DNA from: Nitrospira japonica
Lineage (GTDB): Bacteria > Nitrospirota > Thermodesulfovibrionia > Thermodesulfovibrionales > DYHX01
Direction of reading: 5' to 3'
DNA: 64,000 nucleotides
Assembly: GCA_020723925.1 (NCBI GenBank)
Contig: DYHX01000001.1
Coordinates: forward strand, 5,687 to 69,686
Shown here: one piece after another, positions 24,223 through 32,880 of the stretch
How positions within the stretch are numbered: position 1 is the first letter of the stretch
How the letters are laid out: every line of letters begins with the position of its first letter
Notes under the pieces: model-generated
What the model was told of the DNA's origin: nothing
Database searches by the model: none
The model's input: the letters and a program-made list of their open reading frames with translations, nothing else
Program-made: the position numbers and the translations under genes

Positions 24223-24471
24223 ATGATTGTTGCAAGTGGATTTGTTGAGGCAAATGAATTAGATGATGTGGAAAGGGTTGTAAATGAACTGAAAATTAGA
24301 GGCATCGAGGTTAATGAGGTTAATGAAGAGAAAGTAGTCTTTCTTGTTGAGAGGGAGACTATGGCTGCAGTAAAAGCTGAGCTGGATTCTCTCAAGGATA
24401 TTGATGGCGTGAGAAATGTCTATCTCGCCTACTACAGTCTTGAAGGGAGCGACAAGGGTTCTGAAAATTAA
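24223..24471 (+). CDS. napD: NapD-like Tat proofreading chaperone
   Basis: 82 aa. The pattern IVASGFVEA...IRGIEVNEV..EKVVFLVE......L..IDGVRNVYLAYY matches the NapD ferredoxin-like fold signature. It is in a nap gene context. Confidence 0.65.
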   Translation: MIVASGFVEANELDDVERVVNELKIRGIEVNEVNEEKVVFLVERETMAAVKAELDSLKDIDGVRNVYLAYYSLEGSDKGSEN

Positions 24472-24481
24472 CTGTTTTTTA

Positions 24482-24564
24482 ACACATTTTAACAGCACCT
24501 TTACCTGTTATCGTTTTAGACTTTAAGCATCTACGGGTCTATTTAGTTTATCTGGTTTGTCTGG
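24482..24564 (+). promoter_or_regulatory. Second copy of two motifs found upstream of the octahaem gene (ACACATTTTAACAgCACC and TCTATTTAGTTTATCTGGTTTGTCTGG)
   Basis: 24482-24499 matches 15638-15652, and 24538-24564 matches 15763-15788, in the same order and orientation. Confidence 0.4.
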
Positions 24565-24731
24565 AATTAAATGGATAGCGAGTGTATTCCCCGCAGCTTG
24601 CTGCGGGGTTAGCGAGCGAATATAAAAATAATATTCCTTGCATTAAGATTCCCTGCAGCAAGCTGCAGGGAATCTTCGATAGACCGCATGGATGTTCAAG
24701 TTATTGAGCGTAAAGGACAAGAAGGCTTAAG

Positions 24732-24965
24732 GTGGAGGTAACAGGGATTATTGTACAGTTGGAGGAAAGTGCTCGAGATGGCCTATTAAAGACCCTCGCA
24801 GACATGCCTCATATTAGCATATACAGTGTAAAGGATAACCAGATAGTCCTGGTTATAGATACGGATGATATATATGTGCTAACACAGAAGACAAAAGAAA
24901 TCCAGGAGATGAATGGAGTAATCGGAGTCTATCCCGTCTTTTCTCTCGATTCCTTACCCTTTTAA
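24732..24965 (+). CDS. Second NapD-like small protein (GTG start)
   Basis: 77 aa. VTGIIVQLEE...LADMPHISIYSVKDNQIVLVIDTDD....EIQEMNGVIGVYPVF follows the same pattern as NapD. Confidence 0.55.
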   Translation: MEVTGIIVQLEESARDGLLKTLADMPHISIYSVKDNQIVLVIDTDDIYVLTQKTKEIQEMNGVIGVYPVFSLDSLPF

Positions 24966-25655
24966 CCTTCCGTCGACCATCTCTACGACCCTGTGGCAGC
25001 GTTTTGATAATGCTTCATTGTGGGTGACTATCACAAACGTAATGTTTTTTTCTCTGTTCAGAGTTAACAGCAAATTAAATAGATCTTCTCCTGTTTCGGT
25101 GTCGAGGTTTCCTGTTGGCTCATCCGCAAGGACGACCTTTGGTTCAAGGATTAATGCCCGTGCAACAGCAACTCTCTGCTGTTCCCCCCCAGATAGTTCT
25201 CCTGGCCTGTGTCTTTTTCTTTCGGATAAACCCATCTTATCGAGAACTCTTTCTGCCCTTTCTATAACCTCTTTATAACTTGAACCCTTGAACCCTTGAA
25301 CCCTTGAGCCCATACTTATTAGCCCTGGCATGATGACATTCTCAATTGCAGTGAACTCAGGCAGAAGGTGATGAAACTGGAAGACAAAACCTATTGTCTT
25401 ATTCCTGAATGATGTTAATGCAGCATCATTGACTGAAAACACATCAATGTTGTCGTAGAGGACATTCCCTGATGTGGGTCTGTCAAGGGTTCCAAGGATA
25501 TGGAGGAGTGTGCTTTTCCCAACTCCTGATGCCCCAACTATTCCGATGACCTCACCCGCTTTTATAGAAAGATTAATTCCTTTGAGGATTTTGAGTTCAC
25601 CAGCAGGGGTAAAGAAGGATTTTCTTAATTCCTGAATCTCAATCAGATTGCTCAT
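24954..25655 (-). CDS. lolD: Lipoprotein-releasing ABC transporter ATP-binding protein LolD
   Basis: Walker A GASGVGKST, signature LSGGEQQRVAVARAL, Walker B VVLADEPTGNLD. It shares an operon with the LolC/E permease and contains an octamer-repeat-encoded loop (GSRVQGFKGSS). Confidence 0.8.
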   Translation of the reverse strand: MSNLIEIQELRKSFFTPAGELKILKGINLSIKAGEVIGIVGASGVGKSTLLHILGTLDRPTSGNVLYDNIDVFSVNDAALTSFRNKTIGFVFQFHHLLPEFTAIENVIMPGLISMGSRVQGFKGSSYKEVIERAERVLDKMGLSERKRHRPGELSGGEQQRVAVARALILEPKVVLADEPTGNLDTETGEDLFNLLLTLNREKNITFVIVTHNEALSKRCHRVVEMVDGRLKG

Positions 25656-25887
25656 CCTTTTTACCTGTTATATCCTTTATCTTATTCTTTGCCTTCTCTA
25701 TGGCCTGTGCGGCCCTGTCTGTTCTTTCTTTAATCCTGTCTGCCTTCTCACCGACCTCTTCGCTCTTTTCCTTCACGGTCTTTCCAAACCACCTGAACTT
25801 CTCTCCTCCGCTCCAGAAGGCAAGGCCGATGAACAATATAGCTGCTATGATAATCAAACATATGAGTCGGCGTATGAGCTTAAACAT
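25639..25887 (-). CDS. Small membrane-anchored coiled-coil protein, hypothetical
   Basis: N-terminal TM (LICLIIIAAILFIGLAFW) followed by a Lys/Glu-rich helix. It lies between lolC/E and lolD. Confidence 0.4.
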   Translation of the reverse strand: MFKLIRRLICLIIIAAILFIGLAFWSGGEKFRWFGKTVKEKSEEVGEKADRIKERTDRAAQAIEKAKNKIKDITGKKDEQSD

Positions 25888-25934
25888 TTTTCCTATTAGC
25901 GCTCGTTACTATTAACTCGTTACTCGTCATAGCC

Positions 25935-27167
25935 TTACTCATACCTCAATGGCTCAACAGGGTTCAGTCTCGCTGCCTGCCATGCAGGATAGATGGTTGC
26001 AAGGAAACTAATTACGATGGCAGAAACAGTCACCGTTACAAAGTCAAAGAGCTTCATCTTCACAGGCAGATGACTCAGATAGTAAATATCAGGTGGAAGC
26101 TTGATTATCTGATATGTGTTCAGGATATAGCTTAAGGCATAACCTCCCGTTAAGCCTATTAATGTTCCTACCAGCCCGATGAGAAAACCTTGAAGCATGA
26201 ATATAGCCATTATGCCCTCATTCGTTGCACCCATCGCCTTTAAGATTGCTATCTCTCTTTCCTTTTCTATGACATTCATTATGAGGGTGCTAACAATATT
26301 GAAGGATGCTACAAGTATAATAAGGATTAATATAACAAACATGGCAAATTTCTCAAGCTTCAATGCTGAAAATAAGTTTTTGTTCATCTGCATCCAGTCC
26401 CTCGCATAATATGGAAACCCGAGGTTTTTCTGAATCCTTTCCCTCACATCCTTAGCCTTATATATGTCATCAAGCCTGAGCTCTATACCTGTTATCTCGT
26501 CTTTCATCCCGAAGAACTCCTGTGCAGGTCTGATGGCGGTGAGGACAAGATTTGAGTCATACTCAAACATGCCGACCTCGAATATCCCAACCACTCTGAA
26601 CTGCTTGATCTTTGGCAAGACCCCCAATGGGCCGATCTCACCAGCAGGGGAGACTATGTTGATTATGTCGTTCTTGAACACTCCAATGTTATTGGCAAGC
26701 TCTCTGCCGAGTATTATCCCTGGCACTCCATTTTTGAGCTTGAGATTATCAAGACTTCCCTCTTTCACGTGCATGAGAATCTCGGTGGTCTTTGCCTCAT
26801 CTTCTGGCTCAATTCCTCGAAGATACACGCCGTGCGCCCTTTTGCCAAAGGATACCATGACCTGTCCGAGAACAAATGGGGCAGCGGATACAACATTCGG
26901 CTCACCCTTTATCTTTCCCATTAGACCGCTGTAATCAGCTATACTTCCTTTATAATCAAGGACCACAATATGGGCATTTACACCAAGTATCTTCTTTTGC
27001 AGGTCTTCATGGAAACCGCTCATGACAGACAGCACCACAAGGAGCGCCATGACACCAAGGGCAACACCCCCAATAGATATGGCTGTATTGAAGGAGATGC
27101 CCTTATGTCTCTTTTTTGACTTAAGATAGCGTATCGCTATAAATATTTGATAGGGGAGGTTCATCAC
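25935..27167 (-). CDS. Lipoprotein-releasing system permease LolC/LolE (FtsX family)
   Basis: MacB/FtsX topology (TM, large periplasmic domain, 3 TM) with C-terminal ARLNPVEPLRYE. Confidence 0.8.
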   Translation of the reverse strand: MMNLPYQIFIAIRYLKSKKRHKGISFNTAISIGGVALGVMALLVVLSVMSGFHEDLQKKILGVNAHIVVLDYKGSIADYSGLMGKIKGEPNVVSAAPFVLGQVMVSFGKRAHGVYLRGIEPEDEAKTTEILMHVKEGSLDNLKLKNGVPGIILGRELANNIGVFKNDIINIVSPAGEIGPLGVLPKIKQFRVVGIFEVGMFEYDSNLVLTAIRPAQEFFGMKDEITGIELRLDDIYKAKDVRERIQKNLGFPYYARDWMQMNKNLFSALKLEKFAMFVILILIILVASFNIVSTLIMNVIEKEREIAILKAMGATNEGIMAIFMLQGFLIGLVGTLIGLTGGYALSYILNTYQIIKLPPDIYYLSHLPVKMKLFDFVTVTVSAIVISFLATIYPAWQAARLNPVEPLRYE

Positions 27168-28639
27168 TACTCCGGCTTAAGCTGTGGGAAGAGTATCACA
27201 TCCCTTATCGAGTGTGAATTGGTGAGCAGCATCACAAATCTATCAATGCCTATACCTTCTCCTGCTGCTGGAGGCATCCCGTATTCGAGGGCCTTTACAA
27301 AATCCTCGTCCATCCAGTGGGCCTCTTCATCACCTTTCTGCTTTGCCTCGACCTGTTTTTGAAATCTTTCCCTCTGGTCTATCGGGTCAATCAGCTCTGA
27401 GAATGCATTTGCTATCTCCCTTGCTGCTATAAAAAGCTCAAACCTTTCAACAAGCTCAGGGTTGTCCACCTTTCTCTTTGCAAGAGGAGATAGTTCAACT
27501 GGGTAATCAATTATGAATGTCGGCTGGATTAGCTCTGGCTCTACTTTTTCTTTGAATATCTCATCAAGGATTTTTCCATGAGATGAGCCTTTCTTTATCT
27601 CTACCCTCTCTGACTTAGCCCACTTCTTTGCCTCTTCAATATCCTTCAATACTTCTTCTGGAACACCCTTCTGCACCATCGCATCGAGCATTGGAATCCT
27701 CGGCCATGGAGGTGTGAGGTCTATTGTTATATCTCCGTATGGGACTTTCAGAGTGCCGAGGGATCTGTTTGCAACATAGGTTATAAGCTCCTCTGTGAAT
27801 GGCATAAGGAAGTTATAGTCCTTATATGCTATATAGAACTCGAGCATAGAAAACTCAGGATTGTGCTTTGTAGATATGCCTTCATTTCTAAAATTCTTGT
27901 TCAACTCATAAACGCGCTCATACCCACCCACGAGAAGCCTCTTTAGATAAAGCTCAGGGGCAATCCTGAGATATAAATCTATCCCGAGTGCAATATGATG
28001 GGTCTTGAATGGTTTTGCTGCTGCGCCGCCTGGAATAGGGTGCATCATGGGTGTCTCGACCTCTATGAATCCTTTTGATTCGAGGAAGTCCCTTACAGCC
28101 TTTATAATTGCACGCCTCTTTGCAAATGCCTCCCTGACCTCTGGATTGACTATTAAATCCACATAACGCTGTCTGTATCTTGTCTCTATATCCTTCAGTC
28201 CGTGCCATTTCTCAGGAAGGGGCCTCAGGGACTTTGTAAGGAGCGTAAAATCATAGACCTCTACTGTCAGCTCATTTGTCTTAGTCCTGAAGATCTTTCC
28301 TCTTAATCCAAGGATATCTCCTATGTCAAGCTTCTTGACAATTGCATGTTTTTCTCCAAGGATATCTTTTTTGAAATATACCTGAATCTTCCCTGTTGTA
28401 TCCTGAATATGGGCAAATGCAGCCTTTCCAAAGTCTCTCATGGCTACAATCCTGCCGGCAATAGAGCATGTGACAGTATCTGCCTCAAGGCTTTCTTTGT
28501 CTGCGGATTCATATTTATTAAGAAGCTCTGCAGCATGGTCTTTTGCCTCAAATGGGCCTCCATAGGGCTCGATACCAGCTTCCTTTAGCTCGTGAAGTTT
28601 TTTGATACGCTCCTCTATTAGTTCGTTAAACCCTTCCAT
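27167..28639 (-). CDS. lysS: Lysine--tRNA ligase, class II
   Basis: An OB-fold N-domain followed by class II motifs (FIEVETPMMH; FRNEGIS..HNPEFSMLE; GEGIGIDRFVMLL). Confidence 0.95.
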   Translation of the reverse strand: MEGFNELIEERIKKLHELKEAGIEPYGGPFEAKDHAAELLNKYESADKESLEADTVTCSIAGRIVAMRDFGKAAFAHIQDTTGKIQVYFKKDILGEKHAIVKKLDIGDILGLRGKIFRTKTNELTVEVYDFTLLTKSLRPLPEKWHGLKDIETRYRQRYVDLIVNPEVREAFAKRRAIIKAVRDFLESKGFIEVETPMMHPIPGGAAAKPFKTHHIALGIDLYLRIAPELYLKRLLVGGYERVYELNKNFRNEGISTKHNPEFSMLEFYIAYKDYNFLMPFTEELITYVANRSLGTLKVPYGDITIDLTPPWPRIPMLDAMVQKGVPEEVLKDIEEAKKWAKSERVEIKKGSSHGKILDEIFKEKVEPELIQPTFIIDYPVELSPLAKRKVDNPELVERFELFIAAREIANAFSELIDPIDQRERFQKQVEAKQKGDEEAHWMDEDFVKALEYGMPPAAGEGIGIDRFVMLLTNSHSIRDVILFPQLKPE

Positions 28640-28774
28640 AATACCTCGAGAAAATTTTAAGATTATAATGATTAATTTTGAGGTAAGTCAAGGAAGGGTT
28701 TATTGGTGGTTGCCCATGGATAAATAATCTGGTATGATTTTAATATAATCTTAAGAAGTAAGAGAGGAGGAATT

Positions 28775-29374
28775 ATGAAAGAGGAATCTCTAAAAGCACT
28801 TATAAGTAAACTCCATGATATGAGCCACAGTGCGGGGGAATGTATCTATCTTTTACAGAACGCTTTTATCTATAACTCTTCAAAATTCCTTGATGAATGT
28901 GAGGCAAAGGCAAAGGAAATCCACCAGAGTGAGAAGACCCTTACACAGGGGTTTGTTGAGGAGACAAAAAAGAGCCCTGATGCAAAGGTGTATGTGCCTG
29001 CCCCCGGTCATATAGAGAGGATGGGGGCTTATATGGAGGATATAATTGGTTGCATGCGGACAAAGATAAAGGACGAGATCCTCTTCAGTGATAAGGCAAT
29101 CTCAGAAATAACTTTTCTCCTCCAGAGGATTCAGGAAGTGTTGAACAACATAAGCGATATTATCCTGGCAAGAAATGCAATTATGGGCAGATATGTGAAA
29201 GAATCGGAGGCAGAGATAAGCAGGAGTGCCAACGAATTTGCAACCCTGCATGAAGAGAGGCTTATCGAGGGGTTATGTATGCCAAAGGCATCGCCGCTAT
29301 TTCTTGATATCCTGGATGCAATCAAAGGCATAGCATGGCATGCAAAGGAAATTGCTGAAAAGCTTACAGCATAA
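28775..29374 (+). CDS. Hypothetical helical protein (PhoU/DUF47-like by appearance only)
   Basis: 199-aa ORF with a good RBS (aggagg). The helical repeat character is a weak assignment. Confidence 0.35.
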   Translation: MKEESLKALISKLHDMSHSAGECIYLLQNAFIYNSSKFLDECEAKAKEIHQSEKTLTQGFVEETKKSPDAKVYVPAPGHIERMGAYMEDIIGCMRTKIKDEILFSDKAISEITFLLQRIQEVLNNISDIILARNAIMGRYVKESEAEISRSANEFATLHEERLIEGLCMPKASPLFLDILDAIKGIAWHAKEIAEKLTA

Positions 29375-30284
29375 TTTTACTCCTTCCTATCTCCGTCTGC
29401 CTCCTGGCGTGTTGTCTGATAAGGTCAGGGAGGCAGAAGAGATTCTCAGGAACTGCACATTATGTCCGAGGAGTTGCAAGGTTGACAGGACTTCAGGCAT
29501 GAAGGGGTTCTGCAAAACAGGGGATAAACCCTTTGTATCGAGCTGGGGGCCTCATTTTGGCGAGGAGAGGCCGCTTGTGGGGAGATCTGGCTCAGGCACA
29601 ATCTTCTTTGGACATTGTAACCTCGGCTGTATATTCTGTCAGAACTGGACAATCAGCCATCTTGGTGAAGGCAGCGAAATATCCTTCAAAAAGCTTGCAG
29701 AGGTAATGCTCGAACTCCAGGGAATGGGCTGTCACAATATAAACCTCGTCACGCCAACCCATCAGATGCCAATGATATTGAGGTCCCTTGCGATAGCGGC
29801 AGAAAACGGTCTCAGGATACCAATCGTCTATAACTGTGGTGGGTATGAATCCCTTGAAGCAATAGAGCTTCTTGGTGGAGTTATTGATATATATATGCCA
29901 GACTTCAAATACTCAGACCCTGAAATGGCATTTAAATATTCAAGGGCTAAGGATTATCCATCAGTTGCAAAGGCTGCAATAAAGGAGATGTACAGGCAGG
30001 TCGGTGACCTTATCATTGGTGAAAGAGGGGTAGCTCTAAGGGGGCTCCTTCTGAGACACCTCGTTCTTCCAGAGGGCATTGCCGGGACAGCAGAGGTCGT
30101 GAGGTTTATTGCAGAGGAGATTTCAAAGAATACATACGTCAACATAATGAACCAGTATTATCCATGTTATAAGGCATTTGAGAACCCTCCTATTGACCGG
30201 AGGATAACAGATGGAGAATACAGGGAGGCTATCAGGCTTGCACTGGAGGCAGGTCTAAAAAGGATTGACGGTGTGACTGTATGA
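29340..30284 (+). CDS. Radical SAM protein, PflX-like (COG1313-type activase homologue)
   Basis: CTLCPRSCKVDRTSGMKGFCKTG N-terminal Cys motif plus radical-SAM CNLGCIFCQNW. The start is uncertain (35-nt overlap with the upstream ORF). Confidence 0.75.
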   Translation: MQRKLLKSLQHNFTPSYLRLPPGVLSDKVREAEEILRNCTLCPRSCKVDRTSGMKGFCKTGDKPFVSSWGPHFGEERPLVGRSGSGTIFFGHCNLGCIFCQNWTISHLGEGSEISFKKLAEVMLELQGMGCHNINLVTPTHQMPMILRSLAIAAENGLRIPIVYNCGGYESLEAIELLGGVIDIYMPDFKYSDPEMAFKYSRAKDYPSVAKAAIKEMYRQVGDLIIGERGVALRGLLLRHLVLPEGIAGTAEVVRFIAEEISKNTYVNIMNQYYPCYKAFENPPIDRRITDGEYREAIRLALEAGLKRIDGVTV

Positions 30285-31663
30285 AGATCCAGTTTCTTGG
30301 TGGGGTCAGGACGGTTACCGGCACATGCTTTTATCTGAGCACATCAGAGCTAAAGATGCTTGTTGACTGCGGCATGTTCCAGGGGGCGGATTCTGACAAG
30401 ATAAACAGGGTGCCTTTCTTTTTTAATCCATCAGAGATCGACTGCCTTTTCCTTACCCATGCACATATAGACCACATCGGCCTTGTCCCAAAACTTGTGA
30501 AAGACGGGTTCAGGGGAAGGATTATCACAACATCTGCAACAGCCGACCTATCAGAGCTTATGCTTTATGATTCAGCCCACATCCAGGAAAGCGATGCAGA
30601 ATGGCAGACAAGGAGGGCTTTAAGGTCAGGTAGGAAGCCTGAGATACCCTTTTATACTGTTGATGACGTGAGAGTTGCCATGCCTTTTTTTCAGAAGATC
30701 TATTATGGGAAAGTAGAGCACCTTGGAAGGGGGATAAGATACAGGTTTCTGGATGCCGGCCATATTCTTGGCTCTGGGACGTTGGAGCTATGGTATCAAG
30801 ACAGCCTTGTAGAAAAGAAGATTATATTTTCTGGAGACATAGGCAGGAAAGGGAATCCGATTGTGAGGGATCCTTCCACCATAGAAGAGACTGATTATGT
30901 TATCGTGGAATCCACATATGGTAATAGACAGCATAAAGGGATGAAGGAGACAGTGGATGAGCTTGTCGAGGCGATAAGGGCTACGTTCAAAAGAGGAGGC
31001 AATGTATTGATACCTGCCTTTGCCATTGGCAGGACCCAGGACTTACTTTATACACTTAACAAACTTGTCAGGGAAGGGAGGCTTTATAAAATAAATGTCT
31101 ACATTGACAGTCCCCTTGCAGAGGAGGCAACAAAGGCATATCTTGCCCATCCTGAATGTTTTGACGAAGAGGCAAAAAGACTCTTCAATCAGAATTTGGC
31201 TGGCGATGCGATAAAACTTCATTTCACCAATACCGTTGAGGAATCCCAGGCACTAAATAGGATAAAATCTGGCGCGATAATCATTGCAGGAAGCGGCATG
31301 TGCGAGGGCGGAAGGATAAGACATCATCTGAAGCATAACCTCTGGAGGTCTGAGTGCAGCGTCATATTTGTTGGCTTTCAGGCCAGCGGGACCCTCGGAA
31401 GGCGTATTATTGATGGTGCTGAGAAGGTTCGTATCTTTGGAGAGGAGATAGCGGTTAAGGCAAGGGTTTATACTATTGGAGGTTTTTCAGCCCATGCAGA
31501 CCAGACAGAACTCCTTGAATGGCTTGGGGCATTCAAGAATAACCCTGAGGTCTTTGTGGTCCATGGCGAAGAGAAGATATCCCTTGAATTTGAGTCGATA
31601 ATAAAAGAAAGGTATGGATTTAAAACCCATGTCCCATCAAAGGGAGATATCTATGAGATATGA
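30281..31663 (+). CDS. MBL-fold beta-CASP family hydrolase (RNA-metabolising metallo-beta-lactamase)
   Basis: LTHAHIDHIG metal motif, beta-CASP-sized insert and C-terminal GGFSAHADQ. Confidence 0.8.
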   Translation: MKIQFLGGVRTVTGTCFYLSTSELKMLVDCGMFQGADSDKINRVPFFFNPSEIDCLFLTHAHIDHIGLVPKLVKDGFRGRIITTSATADLSELMLYDSAHIQESDAEWQTRRALRSGRKPEIPFYTVDDVRVAMPFFQKIYYGKVEHLGRGIRYRFLDAGHILGSGTLELWYQDSLVEKKIIFSGDIGRKGNPIVRDPSTIEETDYVIVESTYGNRQHKGMKETVDELVEAIRATFKRGGNVLIPAFAIGRTQDLLYTLNKLVREGRLYKINVYIDSPLAEEATKAYLAHPECFDEEAKRLFNQNLAGDAIKLHFTNTVEESQALNRIKSGAIIIAGSGMCEGGRIRHHLKHNLWRSECSVIFVGFQASGTLGRRIIDGAEKVRIFGEEIAVKARVYTIGGFSAHADQTELLEWLGAFKNNPEVFVVHGEEKISLEFESIIKERYGFKTHVPSKGDIYEI

Positions 31664-31701
31664 CCATAAGCCCCATGCATTGTTCTGATTAATCCTTTGA
31701 G

Positions 31702-32181
31702 TTAAAGCTCAACAATCTCTGCTGCCATCTTATTCAAATCCACCAGTGCCACGGTTGACTTTCCCTTAAGCAACTTGCCTGCTTTTCCAGGATTGACAAT
31801 GATTGCATTGTTAACCTTTCTAACGTCGGGCTTATGAGTGTGGCCGTAGATGATTAAATCGAAGTGCCTGCTGTCTGCAAGTGCATTTATCACATCCGGC
31901 TCATGCATGACAATAATCTTTTTTCCATGAAGCGTCAAAGTGTGTGGTTGGTTATGGATATGGCCTTCTGATTTGTGTTTAAGCAAGAGTTTATCACCGT
32001 CATTGTTTCCAAAAATCCCTGAAAACTTACATCTCAATTCTTTGAAGATTTCGAGCGTAAATGGTGAGATTAAATCCCCTGCATGTAAGACATATCCAAC
32101 CTTCTTCTCATTAAAAAGTTCCACCGCTTTTCTGATAGCAGGCAGGTCATCATGGGTATCCGAGATAATTCCTATAAGCAT
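31702..32181 (-). CDS. YfcE/MJ0936-family metallophosphoesterase
   Basis: ISDTHD, HAGD, GNND and GHTH motifs in the canonical order. Confidence 0.8.
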   Translation of the reverse strand: MLIGIISDTHDDLPAIRKAVELFNEKKVGYVLHAGDLISPFTLEIFKELRCKFSGIFGNNDGDKLLLKHKSEGHIHNQPHTLTLHGKKIIVMHEPDVINALADSRHFDLIIYGHTHKPDVRKVNNAIIVNPGKAGKLLKGKSTVALVDLNKMAAEIVEL

Positions 32182-32249
32182 ATTATTCCTTCCCTTTTGT
32201 TTTGAATCATTATAAACGATTGCTATTTAGATTTCGAGACAGTAAGTCA

Positions 32250-32852
32250 TCAACCCTTTATATGGCCTGCGAGGATATTCTCAATGCCGAGGCGTATCAT
32301 CATTATTGCTATTGAGGCAAGCAGCAGGGCCATGACCTTTGATATGGCGGTGATTCCACCCTTACCAAAAAGATTTACAATCCTTTGTGCATTAATAAAA
32401 GAGAGCCAGACAACAATCATATTCAACACAAGTGAGATGACTGTTGATAAGACACCATAATGATCCACAAGGACTAAAAGGGTGGTCAGGACAGCAGGCC
32501 CAACAATGAGTGGAACACCTATTGGTACTACCCCAAGTTTTCCTGTGGGGCGCCTTCTCTCCTCACTGTGTTTTATCAGGTCAAGGACCGCAAACACGAG
32601 GAGGACAAGGCCGCCAGCAATCTTAAAGTCATCAGCAGTAATACCCAGTATCCTGAATATAGCCTCTCCCATCGCCACAAACACAAGGCTGACAATCAAT
32701 GCTGTGAGAATGGAGTCCCTGATGATCAACTTTCTTTTTGTCTTTGGCATATCCTCTGTCATCGAGATGAAGATGGGCAGCACAACAAAGACATCAATCG
32801 CGACAAAGAGCGGTATAAATGTGTTAGGGAGAATCTTTAGAATATTCCACAT
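32250..32852 (-). CDS. MarC-family (UPF0056) integral membrane protein
   Basis: About 200 aa with six hydrophobic segments and an N-terminus typical of MarC (FIPLFVAIDVFVVLPIF). Confidence 0.7.
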   Translation of the reverse strand: MWNILKILPNTFIPLFVAIDVFVVLPIFISMTEDMPKTKRKLIIRDSILTALIVSLVFVAMGEAIFRILGITADDFKIAGGLVLLVFAVLDLIKHSEERRRPTGKLGVVPIGVPLIVGPAVLTTLLVLVDHYGVLSTVISLVLNMIVVWLSFINAQRIVNLFGKGGITAISKVMALLLASIAIMMIRLGIENILAGHIKG

Positions 32853-32880
32853 GAGTTAATTATAATGCCGTTTGCAATTT

